A DNA stretch of 46,963 nt, filler included, from Catajapyx aquilonaris (taxonomy: Eukaryota): NCBI GenBank assembly GCA_000934665.2. It is 2 parts of 2 records of this genome, joined end to end, with 100 filler letters (N's around TTAATTAATTAA, not from the genome) between each part and the next. Parts side by side here need not be neighbours in the genome. Positions count along the whole stretch, not along the records: positions 23,557 to 46,963 come from JYFJ02005690.1; 1 more part is not named here. One strand, written 5' to 3'. The position numbers were made by a program, and so were the translations under genes. Of the stretch, positions 26,460 to 37,796 are shown piece by piece. Under the pieces are notes generated by a model that saw nothing but the letters and a program-made list of their open reading frames with translations, was not told the origin of the DNA and did not search any database. Positions within the stretch are counted from its first letter, which is position 1, and every line of letters begins with the position of its first letter.

Positions 26460-28387
26460 GAGGCATTCCACGTCAAGCGGACCACCCCCCGACAAATCTC
26501 GTACGATTTCGACCAAATTCCATAGGTGTGTTGTACGTACTAGTGCTTATATGTAAGAATCCCAGATTTTGTCTTTCTGTCTCACGTAGTTGCGAAACTA
26601 CAGGGTGTGTAAGTTGTGATTTTTCACTCATTTTACGCGGCTAGGGCTTTGAATGGAGTCCCGTAACTTCTGAAACCCTCAAGTGAATCCAAATGTGATG
26701 GGTGATTTAGGAACCTCTTTTAACGGCCTTTCATGATATCGCATTGAAAATTGCCGGAAGTAAAAATTTGGATTTCAAGATGACGGCCCGAAATAATTTT
26801 AAAACAGCCAATTCAGTACCGTATTTACTCGCATATAAGACGCACTTTTTTTCCGATTTTTGTAGCTCAAAAAGTAGGGTGCGTCTTATACGCGTGTGCG
26901 TCTTTACGGCACGGCAGGGCACAACGGGTGAAACCCGTGAGATATCGTGAAAATAGTTTATTGAAAAATTTAAGCTTGTCGGTTTGATGTCCTGTCAGCA
27001 CAGTTGATCACTTTCCTCTTGAAATCGGCACGGTACGACCTGCGTTTCTCCTTCACTTCCATTGATATGCTCTCCCCGTCCCCACACGTGCACAATTCCG
27101 GTGTGACCTTGCCACCTATACGTTTCAGATGCGTAGCATTGTCCCATTTTCCACTCCCCCCCCCTCCCTTTTACTGGATTCTAATGGATTCCACACGCAC
27201 ATGCATTGCGAGGCCAGTTCCCAAACTACGGCAATAAATCTGGGTGCGTCTTATATGAGTCAACAACCGATTTTCCACGATTTTTCGCCTCAAAACCGGG
27301 GTGCGTCTTATACGCGTGTGCGTCTTATATGCGAGTAAATACGGTAATTGTTTAATTATTATTATGCCACAATGTCTCAGCTGAGCATTCCAAAACGATT
27401 GTGCATAATATATCTCATTGTGGCATAATAACAATTAAACAATTACTGAATTGGCTGTTTTAAAATTATTTCGGGATCAGAAAATGTCAAATTAATCATT
27501 TAACCCCGTGAAAAGTTTTTTAAATCATTCTTACACGACAATAAAAATTATCGAAAAATCGTGAAACCGACTCCTTTCTCAGTAGGGCCTAACATGAACA
27601 AAATGTTTTGTGGTTGGCATATATCGTATTTATGTGCTCCTGATTTTGCAGAAATCTCGAGTAAACATTTCCGGTACAATTTCAAACGCCATTCAAAACA
27701 AAGCGTTTGGGTAGATTAATGATGAATGCGAAAATCATAATTTAGGCCGCCATTTTGGATCCAAATTTCTTGATTTTATTAGCATGATAATAACCATCTC
27801 ACAGAGCGTGAAAACACATTTACAATGCACATATCAAGTTTAAGATTTAACCCGATCTTCTGGGTGTTATGGTCCTCCAACTGACAGCGTACAGGTCGAA
27901 AACGCGCGCCGGCTGCATTTTCGCCCTCTAGCGGGTGAGATTCCAAAAAGCTCCTCCTAAACTCTTCGGAAATATGAAGCACACATTTCAAGGTTCATTT
28001 TGAGTGCCATTCAAAAAATCTCAAAAATGGCCAACGTTGAGTAACATGAAAATCAAAATTTGGCCGTCATCTTGAGATCCAAATTTTTACTTCCGGCAAT
28101 TTTCAATGCGATATCATGAAAGGCCGTTAAAAGAGGTTTCCTAAATCACCCATCACATTTGGATTCACTTGAGGGTTTCAGAAATTACGGAACTCCATTC
28201 AAAGCCCTAGCCGCGTAAAATGAGTGAAAAATCACAACTTACACACCCGTTAGTTTCGCAACCACGTGAGACGGAGAGACCAAATCTGGGATTCTTACAT
28301 ATAAGCACTAGTACAACACACCTATGGAATTTGGTCGAAATCGTACGAGATTTGTCGGGGGGTGGTCCGCTTGACGTGGAATGCCTC
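26460..28387. mobile_element. Non-autonomous DNA transposon with ~330-bp TIRs (Sola2-like ends)
   Basis: ATAT|GAGGCATTCCACGTCAAGCGGACC...GGTCCGCTTGACGTGGAATGCCTC|ATAT; arms ~26460-26788 and ~28062-28387; additional internal hairpin ~26787-27476. Superfamily inferred only from the GAG terminus and 4-bp TSD. Confidence 0.82.
26819..27344. mobile_element. pogo/Tigger-like MITE nested in the previous element
   Basis: TA|CCGTATTTACTCGCATATAAGACGCAC...GTGCGTCTTATATGCGAGTAAATACGG|TA, with repeated GTGCGTCTTATA subterminal motifs. Confidence 0.88.
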
Positions 28388-28396
28388 ATATATATA

Positions 28397-28820
28397 CAGG
28401 GTGTATCTGAACTCAGTGCCCCGCCGTATATGACTGCCTTCCTAGCCACCAGAGGATCGATTTAAGTATAGGAATCATTATGTTTGACAGCCGCATTACG
28501 GAGATACACTCTTTAGCGATTTTTGCCTAATCGCTCCTTCTGACTTTTAAATAGAATTTTCTGGTGTAACTAGCCAAAGAGGCCTTACCACCTGTGGGCA
28601 ACAAACCAACAAAGTCCCGCCCCCAGACCTTCCAGAGCCTTCTGACTGGGGGAGGGTTCGATGGGTGGCCTAACCGACAGGATATTTTGTACTACATGTT
28701 TGCGGCCAATTATCTCCGTAATGCGGCGGCCAAACATAAAGATTCCTATACTTAAATCGATCCTCTGATGGCTAGGAAGGCAGTCATATACGTCGGGGCA
28801 CTGAGTTCAGATACACCCTG
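28397..28820. mobile_element. Tc1/mariner-type MITE, copy 1
   Basis: TA|CAGGGTGTATCTGAACTCAGTGCCCC... with ~110-bp TIRs; near-identical copy in opposite orientation at 42247-42669. Confidence 0.9.
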
Positions 28821-29076
28821 GTATAATATAGCAGAACTCTTTGGTCATTACTACTGTATTCTAAGGCTGATTGGGGAGATTTCAAGATTGCATGCCATGC
28901 TAAAGTCATGAGCAACTATCAATGTAGTGCCATTTTAGCTTCAGAATATGTCAGTGTGAAAGATTTCTTTCGCAAACAATTCCATTTTAACTATTTGCAA
29001 TTTTATACAGGACATTGACACTTACAGCTAATAAGCTGCTGTTTAGTAACTGCTTACTGAATATAAGGAACACCAT

Positions 29077-29650
29077 AATTGAAATCGCGATATCTTTGAA
29101 ACCGAAGCAGCACAAACGGCCATAGTCGAGCACAAATGAGCACAAACAGGGCACAAACGATTCGCCCAGTTGAAATTTTGAAATCCCTAAGCTAGTGCTG
29201 TGGTGACCAGTGTTAACTTGGCCACACAACAATATTGACCTCGCTGTATCTCGAGAACGGTTGTAGCACAAACCCCCATCTTCGGGCACAAATCAGCACA
29301 AACGCAGCACAAATGATTTCCATCGTTGAAATGTTGAAATTCGCTTTATTTCAAAAGCGTTATTTTGGCCCGACCAAATTAAAATCGCAATAACTCTGAA
29401 ACTAAACCAGCACAAACGCCCATATTCGAGCACAAATGAGCACAAACCGGGCACAAACGATTGGCCCAGTTGAAATTTTGAAATTTGCTAAACTAGTGCT
29501 GTGGTGACCAGCGTTAACTTGGCCACACCACAATATTGACCTCGCTGTATCTCGAGAACGGTTCCAGCACAAACGCTCATATTCGAGCCCAAATCTGCAC
29601 AAACGTTGCACAAACGATTGCCATCGTTGAAATTTCGAAATTCGAAAGTG
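29077..29650. repeat. Tandem array with higher-order ~300-bp period (GCACAAA-rich units)
   Basis: Four related units ...GCAGCACAAACG..C.AT..TCGAGCACAAATGAGCACAAAC...GTTGAAATTTTGAAAT arranged as an A-B-A-B dimer; probably a transposon subterminal array. Confidence 0.75.
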
Positions 29651-29989
29651 GTTGGGCCAGGTTAACGGACATGAAAAACCCCCTTGGTCACATCGAGGTA
29701 GTTTTGAGAAAAACACGAAAAACTGCTTGGACATAAGGAGATTTTACGGAAACCCTCAATTTTCAGCATTTATTTTTAGGCGTTGTATTGGGTTTTTCCG
29801 GCTGACAATCGTATGTTCCTGCAGCTGGATGGCTGCACTGTCCAGCTGTTAATTTATCCCGAAAATGAATATTTTGGACTTAGGGGGTTTTTCCCGCCGA
29901 TGTCTCAAGTTTTGAAATGCTAAGAAATGTCAAATGTTTTGGTCTCACCTTAGTTTGGTTCGATATGAGCTCCATTTGTCGCTCGTTAA

Positions 29990-30290
29990 ATGTAAATATG
30001 GTAATAGGTGTCATGCCTAACCAGCTCCGACATAACATGTCTGGCGTTACCATTGCAATCTTTTCCCATAGGTGGTGGAGATACCTGATCTTTTCACCAT
30101 ACATGTATCTCCACACCACAAAAATGTCAATTGGGGCAAGATCTGGGCTTCTGGGGGGCTAGGCACTGGGAAAATTCTCATTCACGACTTCGCACACTGG
30201 GAGGCTGAACAAGCGAAACTTTCCTACGGCAGGATTGTTTGTATAAGTGTGCTTCATCAAGAACAATGTTTGTGGTGTAAAGACCAATAA
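29990..30290 (-). pseudogene. Decayed, internally deleted Tc1/mariner transposase
   Basis: Remnants TNIVLDEAHL (cf. I.FSDEAHF) and *PPRSPDLAPIDIFVVWRYM (cf. WPPRSPDLTPLDFFLWGYLK) followed by AMVTPDML. Flanking IR at ~29905-29950 is mirrored by 30420-30430 joined to 37636-37670. Confidence 0.7.
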
Positions 30291-30996
30291 CCTCCAGCAC
30301 AGACGGGTTAGGATCACAGCAGTATCTCCAGATATGATTGAGCAGGTTTGGCTTGAGACCGGATACAGTCTTTTTTTTATTTCTCAAGGGACAAATGAAG
30401 CTCATATTGAAACAAACTCAGGTGACACCAGGTTGGTTCCATTTCAATCCAGACAGAGGGTGCCCAGTCATGGTCTTCGATTTTTTTTTAAAAAAATATA
30501 TATGTGAAACCCACATCCAATTGAACCCTTATGGAGCAATCAGTTTTACGAGATTAAATTTAGTTATCGAGATATTAATATTTCTTTCAAGGGGTACCAA
30601 AATAACCTTCACGGGAAGGTGCACTTTTTCCATTGCTTTCAATGAGTACAATTCGGGAACTGTTCTGAAAACCAACATGAAATTTTAAACTCATGCTTTT
30701 GGAATAACACGCTGTTATGTAATGCATAAATTTACCTTATTTAATGGTACAGTCACCTGCAAAAAAATCTCCAACATTGCATATTTTGGTCAAAATTCGC
30801 ATATTTCGCAATTTATTACGGCGTTATGGTAAACGTGACGGTTATGCCGATTATATTTTGTGATATACTCGGTGACCCCTTAAAGGTTATGCAATAAAAC
30901 CTTTGCTAGCTCCGCGTGTAGTTGAGATATGCGAGATGAAATTATGGCAACAAGCGAAAACACGCATATTTCAAAAATTATTTTCTCAAAAACCCC

Positions 30997-31028
<32 letters not shown>

Positions 31029-31954
31029 ACACGGACAGACAGGTTTTAAAATGAGGTGGTGTCAAAACCCGGTGCATACTTTTGGTAAGTGAGATACAAT
31101 TTTTTTCAGATGACAAATTTCGTCATTGTGCTACAATATAGCACACTTCTTATAAATATTTTCTCGAAGAAGCCATTTTAAATATTTAAGTTATTTTTGT
31201 ATAACAAAGTAGCATGGGTTCTATTATAAAATTATATCAAAATTCGGTATGCACAATGCCGTAATTTACTGGTACAGTCATCTTGAAAAAAATCGCCAAA
31301 AGTGCTTGTTTTGCTGCAAATTCACTTAGTACGCAATTTATTATGGAGTTATTATTAAGGCTATACAACTGAAACCAATTATGTACAATGTTGTTAAAGG
31401 GCATGCTGTAAGGACATATAATATCATTAATATCTGCATTCAAAGAAGAGATACATACACCTGGTCAAAGTATGGTCATATGAGAAAACATGCCTGAAAA
31501 ATACATTTTTTATTCAAAAATGCCATTTTTTATTGATTTTATTTTCATTTGTGTAGATAATGACGCTCTATTTCAAAAGATATATTACAAACCCGGGGCA
31601 TATGCATAGTACTTGAATTATATATTTTGAATGTTGCTCTGGGTGAAACCCTCTTCATGACAAATGTGTAAATTGTCACAAGGTTTCTTTTTTTCACACT
31701 ACATCTTTTGAAAGAGAGCGTCATTATCTACACAAATGAAAATAAAATCAAGAAGAAATGGCATTTTTGCATAAAAAATTTATTTTTCAGGCATGTTTTC
31801 TCATGTGACCGTACTTTGACCAGGTGTATCTCTTCTTTGAATGCAGATATTAATGATATTATTTGTCCTTACAACATGCCCTTTAACAACATTGTACATA
31901 ATTGGTTTCATTTGTATAGCCTTAATAATAACTCCATAATAAATTGCGTACTAA

Positions 31955-32825
31955 CAAGGGAAGTGTCTGTAGGGCCATCGGCCAATCGGCCCGAAAATGA
32001 CACTTGGGGTAAATCGCAGGCCAGAAATTCATTGGTGAAAGTAAAAAGTCGCATTAGCCAAGCGTTTTCGAGATATGGGCGACTATAGGTGCCCGGCAAA
32101 CCTGCTCGGTGACAATGGGGCGCATTCGGCAGAAGAAATTATAAACAGTCTTCGTGGCTCAGTCGGTAGCGCGTCCGCGTCATGATCCGAAGTCTCCGCG
32201 TTGACGTTGATATTTCGCTTCTCTCATTTGTGTCCTTGTCAACTCGCAATAACTGCTCAATGAAACCGCAACCATAAATGAACGCGTGTACATCGTAAAC
32301 ATATAATTACGAAGGGACACGAGTAAGTTATTATTTACTGAGCTTGTGACTATTCATTTTTCCGAATATGAAGCCATGGAGAGAGTAGGTAAGCATCGGC
32401 AGAAGAAAAAAAAGTAATGCACTTCCCAGCAAGCTGTTTATTTATTCCTGTTGATTGCAAAAGGGAAGATATGCGGTGATAAACGGTGTTGGGGAAGAAA
32501 GAAAAAGAGAAAAAGAAAACGATGCTCCGAGACGAGAGAGGGAGGGGGGGGGGGGAAAGTCGCTTCCCTTGGACTTGAACGCCGAGACTTCGGATCATGA
32601 CGCGGACGCGCTGCCGACTGAGCCACGAAGACTGTTTATAATTTCTTTTGCCGAATTCGCCCCATTGTCACCGAGCAGGTTTTCCGGGCACCTATAGTCG
32701 CCCATATCTCGAAAACGCTTGGCTAATGCGACTTTTTACTTTCACCAATGAATTTCTGGCCTGCGATTTACCCCTAGTGTCATTTTCGGGCCGATTGGCC
32801 GATGGCCCTACAGACACTTCCCTTG
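31955..32825. mobile_element. MITE with CAAGGGAAG termini and TAA TSD, ~250-bp arms
   Basis: TAA|CAAGGGAAGTGTCTGTAGGGCC...GGCCCTACAGACACTTCCCTTG|TAA; its removal restores the host arm (TGCGTACTAA-GTGAATTTGC). Confidence 0.88.
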
Positions 32826-32907
32826 TAAGTGAATTTGCAGCAAAACAAGCACTTTTGGCGATTTTTTTGAAGATGACTGTACCAGTAAATTACGGCATTG
32901 TGCATAC

Positions 32908-33128
32908 TGTAGTGCCCCACGATGACAACGTCAGAGACACCACGAATAACACACGGGGGAAAGGTTTAAGAACACAATGGTTTGTATTCCAGGACGACAG
33001 GCTACAAACGTCCGTCCCAAAGGACGTCAGGAATAGAACTCCTCGGAAACCACAACAACATGGTTCCCTGAACAACATAAATAACAGTGACCAGGCAACC
33101 ATCACCAGCCAGTTGCCAGGACACTACA
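32908..33128 (-). repeat. 3' LTR
   Basis: 221 bp, no visible difference from 36468-36688; polypurine tract immediately inside. Confidence 0.95.
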
Positions 33129-34574
33129 ATCTGCCCCCCTTAAACGGAACGAGAACTATCTCGTTGCAACAACTCTCCACTTCCAGCCATTTCTTTCTTC
33201 TTCTTTTCCTCCAGTTCCTCCAGCTGAAATCGGTCCCTCTCCAGCTGGAGTTTCTCTCTTGAGCCAGTCGCAGTTTGTCTCCCATAATTGCTGCTGCTGC
33301 TGCACGACCACCATCCTCTTCAAGAGCATCCGGTTGACCGCTAGTCTCCTCCATTACAGCATCTGTTTTGTCACCAGTTTCATCTTGGATCCTCCGAGAA
33401 CCTCTCGTCTCTCGGCCCTCCCGCTGACCAACCTCATCGCTCTGCCAGCACATGGGATGTTTCCGCCTCTGCCTCCACCATTCGTTCAACGATAGGATGA
33501 CCCCTTCCGTATCGTCACTCTTATCCACTGCTGTTGTTTGCTGCGGCCGGGCCCTTGGCTCCCTGCAGCTTTTCGACCAATAGTTCATCATCAACATCAC
33601 CATCACCATAGGTACGGTCCATAATCCACGCACCCAGGCCCCTTCTTGCCGTCTGGGGCGACGGTCCTGCCTCACGGCGCCATCCTCTCGGCACCAGATG
33701 TTCGGCTTCTTCTTGTCGATCCTTACGGCCTCACTTACTTCTGCCACTTCAATCTGCAGGCCCTCTGTCTCCATGCAGAATCTATCATGTTCACCTGCGC
33801 TAGACGGTACCGTCCGCGTTGCTACGTGCAGCACCCTCGCATCACACCCTGGCCTCTTCTCGCCCTCCGCAGCGACGGCACAGCTTATCGGGAGTTCTTC
33901 CTCCAGCACGTTCCCTCTGCAGCCAGTCCATTTCAAAACAAAAGGTAACCGCAACGCTGGGATGACTGCCGCATCTTGAACCTTCTTGGGGATGCCCACA
34001 TCTTGGGATTCCCCGTTGATATCCTGCCTGCCCACACTCTTGGACTCTGCAGTCGGCTGTTCCGTTGACACGTGCGGCGCACACCCGTCGCACGATGGCC
34101 TCTCATGGCCCTCCGATGCAACGGTGCAACTTTCCTTCCGGCTGGACATCGTCAGATCCATCTCCGCTGCGATGACCGGCCTGGCCGCTCTCTTGGACTC
34201 TCCAGAGTCGCTATTCGGCTGCTGCGTCGCTAGGTGCGGCACCCCCTCATCCCACCTGGACCTCTCCTCGTCTGCGACGGTACAGCGTCCCTTTCGGCTT
34301 GACATCGGCAGCTCCATCTTAGCTGCGATCTCAGGCCTGGCCACGCTCCTGGACTCTCCAGAGTCACTATTCGGCTGCTCCGTCACCAGGTGCGGCTCAC
34401 ATCCGTCGCACCTGGGCTCCTCGTCCTTGCCTTCTGACACGACTCCGCAGCTAATTGTCGACTTCTCCTGGTGCGTTTGCTCCGTCTCCAAAGCTTTCCC
34501 TTGGTCGTAGCATGGCAACGTCACCTTGCCTCTCACTGTTGGCTCCATGGTTGGCTCCATAGGCTCCATACGGT
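33124..34574 (-). pseudogene. 3' part of the LTR element's single ORF (unknown protein), separated from its 5' part by an insertion
   Basis: Open 1.45-kb frame NRMEPMEPT...LVPFKGGRL* reading through the PPT and stopping inside the LTR; contains ~53-aa imperfect repeats. Confidence 0.75.
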
Positions 34575-34577
34575 TAG

Positions 34578-35932
34578 TAGTCCGGACGTTAAGGGACGAA
34601 TAATGGGTCAACCGGTGCATTTGGTGAAAAAAGCATGAAATTTGGTACAAATGTCCCTGAGAGCATACTCTTCAAATTCAGATATGGCGCCACGCCCGTT
34701 TTCTCCCAGGAGGCGGGTTGGCTACACTGAAGCGAGTGACAAGTCTTTTTCTGAGCGAACTGTGCTTCCTAGGCGGATATGTGCCAAACAAATGTTGTGG
34801 GGAAACACCTATCCTACAAAATGTATATAGTAACTTTTCCACGTACGGTCAGTATTTTCGGAGCTACAGCGACTTGAACCAAATTAAGGGACGAAAAAAA
34901 AGTCAACCGTGCATTGGTGAAATTTGGTAAGAATGTCCCTGAGACCATACTCCTCCAATCCAGATATGGCGCCACGGCCGTTTTCGCCCAGGTGGCCCGT
35001 AATTGCGGGTTGGCTACCTTGAAGCAAGTTAAAGGTCTTTTCTGAGCGAACCATGCTTCTCAGGAGGAAAGGTGCCAAACAAAGGTTGTACAGAAACATG
35101 TACTTTACAAAAAGTATGAAGTACCTTTTCCACGTAGAGTCCTTATTTTCGTAGCTAAAGCGACTTTAAAAAGACTTTTCACTCTCTGAAGGGTAGCCAA
35201 CCCGAAATTACGGGCCTGCTGGGCGAAAACTGGCGTGGCGCCATATCTGAATTTGAAGAGTGTAGTCCCTAGGACATTCCTACCATATTTCATGTCTTCA
35301 TCACCGAAGTGCACGGTTGACCATTTCATCCCTTAATTCCATGACTATGGGTTCAAGTCGATGTAGCTATGAAAATAAGGACTCCACGTGGAAAAGGTAC
35401 TTCATACTTTTTGTAGAGTACATGTTTCTGTACAATGTTTGTTTGGAACATATCCGCCTGAGAGGCATAGTACGCTCAGAAAAGACTTTTTACTCGCGTC
35501 AAGGTAGCCAACCCGCAATTACGGGCCACCTGGGCGAAAACGGCCGTGGCGCCATATCTGGATTGGAGGAGTATGGTCTCAGGGACATTCTTACCAAATT
35601 TTACCAATGCACGGTTGACTTTTTTTTCGTCCCTTAATTTGGTTCAAGTCGCTGTAGCTCCGAAAATACTGACCGTACGTGGAAAAGTTACTATATACTT
35701 TTTGTAGGATAGGTGTTTCCCCACAACATTTGTTTGGCACATATCCGCCTAGGAAGCATAGTTCGCTCAGAAAAAGACTTGTCACTCGCTTCAGTGTAGC
35801 CAACCCGCCTCCTGGGCGAAAACGGGCGTGGCGCCATATCTGAATTTGAAGAGTATGCTCTCAGGGACATTTGTACCAAATTTCATGCTTTTTTCACCAA
35901 ATGCACGGTTGAATCCCTTAACGTCCGGACTA
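34578..35932. mobile_element. Academ-like palindromic non-autonomous element
   Basis: TAG|TAGTCCGGACGTTAAGGGA...TCCCTTAACGTCCGGACTA|TAG (TAG termini, 3-bp TSD); arms built from ~290-bp tandem subunits mirrored left and right. Excision restores the host ORF in frame. Confidence 0.85.
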
Positions 35933-36413
35933 TAGTTTGGAATGCAGCAACCCTCGCAAGCATCGCCTTCCTTGCTTCCAAGTACCGTGCCTGTGTCTCC
36001 AGCTCCTCGCGATTCCGACGCACGGCCTCTGCTGCCATCCGCATCCGCGCCAACTCCTCTTTCCCTTTCTGGCTACGTGCCTGCAGCCCCTGGTCGTGGC
36101 TCTGATGATCGGCTTCCACGGCCATCTGCAGTGGCACCAACTCGCCTCGCGTATCACTCCGGAGTTCCTCCTCCATCATGGAAGCTCTTTCATCGGGCAG
36201 GTGGCCATCTCGCAACGCCTGGTAGTCTCCAACTTGACCCCCCTTGCTTCCCTGCCACCTACCCGGAGTTCTCTCTTCCCTGCTGGCCTCCATCCTGCGC
36301 CTCAGTGCTTCTACCAATACTTGTACTTGTACTTGGCTGGCTCCACAGCTCTCTTCAGCTTTGGCGCACCTCTCTTCCCCAAGAATGGCTCGCAGCTGAT
36401 CGAGGAATGCCAT
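35933..36413 (-). pseudogene. 5' part of the LTR element's single ORF (coiled-coil-like, gag position)
   Basis: ATG at 36413 just downstream of the PBS; MAFLDQLRAILGEERC...EELARMRMAAEAVRRNREELETQARYLEARKAMLARVAAFQT. Confidence 0.75.
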
Positions 36414-36446
36414 CTCCCTCGCACCCTCCGAACCGGCGGTTTCGCT

Positions 36447-36465
36447 ATCCCAAATTCTGACACCA
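36447..36465 (-). promoter_or_regulatory. Primer-binding site (tRNA-Leu-like)
   Basis: TGGTGTCAGAATTTGGGAT 2 nt inside the 5' LTR, similar to the common Leu PBS TGGTGTCAGAAGTGGGAT. Confidence 0.8.
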
Positions 36466-36467
36466 AT

Positions 36468-36688
36468 TGTAGTGCCCCACGATGACAACGTCAGAGACAC
36501 CACGAATAACACACGGGGGAAAGGTTTAAGAACACAATGGTTTGTATTCCAGGACGACAGGCTACAAACGTCCGTCCCAAAGGACGTCAGGAATAGAACT
36601 CCTCGGAAACCACAACAACATGGTTCCCTGAACAACATAAATAACAGTGACCAGGCAACCATCACCAGCCAGTTGCCAGGACACTACA
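36468..36688 (-). repeat. 5' LTR
   Basis: 221 bp, identical to 32908-33128. Confidence 0.95.
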
Positions 36689-36716
36689 ATACCGAATTTC
36701 GATATAATTTTATAAT

Positions 36717-36823
36717 TCATATATTCATATATTCATATTTATTTTCCCCCTGTCTCTATACAGGGGGGACTTCACCCTGTGGTATCATACATAATTACAT
36801 AAATGGAACCCTATTACATTATT
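36717..36823 (-). mobile_element. 5'-truncated non-LTR retroposon 3' end
   Basis: Absent from the left arm of the host palindrome; 15-bp TSD ATATAATTTTATAAT (36702-36716, 36824-36838); minus strand ends in hairpin CCCCCTGT..ACAGGGGG, AATAAA and an (ATATGAAT)-type repeat tail. Confidence 0.75.
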
Positions 36824-37796
36824 ATATAATTTTATAATAGAACCCATGCTACTTTGTTATACAAAAAATAACTATTAAATATTTAAAATGGCTTCTTCGA
36901 GAAAATATTTATAAGAAGTGTGCTATATTGTAGCACAATGACGAAATTTGTCATCTGAAAAAAAAATGTATCTCACTTACAAAAAGTATGCACCGGGTTT
37001 TGACACCACCTCATTTTAAAACCTGTCTGTCCGTGTAAAATAAAAAATAAAAATGAAAAATAAAAAATGGGGTTTTTGAGAAAATAATTTTTGAAATATG
37101 CGTGTTTTTGCTTGTTGCCATATTTTCATCTCGCATATCTCAACTACACGCGGAGCTAGCAAAGGTTTTATTGCATAACCTTTAAGGGGTCACCGAGTAT
37201 ATCACAAAATATAATCGGCATAACCGTCACGTTTACCATAACGCCGTAATAAATTGCGAAATATGCGAATTTTGACCAAAATATGCAATGTTGGAGATTT
37301 TTTTGCAGGTGACTGTACCATTAAATAAGGTAAATTTATGCATTACATAACAGCGTGTTATTCCAAAAGCATGAGTTTAAAATTTCATGTTGGTTTTCAG
37401 AACAGTTCCCGAATTGTACTCATTGAAAGCAATGGAAAAAGTGCACCTTCCCGTGAAGGTTATTTTGGTACCCCTTGAAAGAAATATTAATATCTCGATA
37501 ACTAAATTTAATCTCGTAAAACTGATTGCTCCATAAGGGTTCAATTGGATGTGGGTTTCACATATATATTTTTAAAAAAAATCGAAGACCATGACTGGGC
37601 ACCCTCTGTCTGGATTGAAATGGAACCAGCCACCAAAACTTTAGACATTTCTTAACATTTCAAAACTTAAATCATTTAGATATGTCTACAAGTTTTCGAN
37701 CCCCCCCGAAAAGCACAAGTTTCAAATTGCATGAAAACTGGAGCTCGGAGAGGAAAACCGATTTCAGATTTGAAGTCACAGTTGAAAAAATACTTA

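Larger units (their letters stand above)
32908..36688 (-). mobile_element. Young non-autonomous LTR retroelement (Gypsy-like cis signals)
   Basis: Identical 221-bp LTRs TGTAGTG...CACTACA, 4-bp TSD ATAC (32904-32907, 36689-36692), PBS TGGTGTCAGAATTTGGGAT at 36465-36447, PPT AAGGGGGGCAGAT adjoining the 3' LTR. Confidence 0.95.
30431..37631. mobile_element. Giant palindromic (foldback) non-autonomous DNA element, ~2.4 kb before secondary insertions
   Basis: ACCA|GGTTGGTTCCATTTCAATCC...GGATTGAAATGGAACCAGCC|ACCA. Left arm ~30431-31582, ~120-bp spacer, right arm from ~31703 interrupted by three insertions; arms are near-identical. Confidence 0.9.

Noticed and set aside
29077..29650. CRISPR-like array
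   Set aside because: Units are long, diverged and lack unique spacers; eukaryotic context with no cas genes.
34593..35917. TTAA-flanked piggyBac/Kolobok interpretation of the insert in the LTR ORF
   Set aside because: Inverted symmetry extends 11 bp beyond each TTAA to TAG termini with a TAG duplication, which better explains the boundaries.
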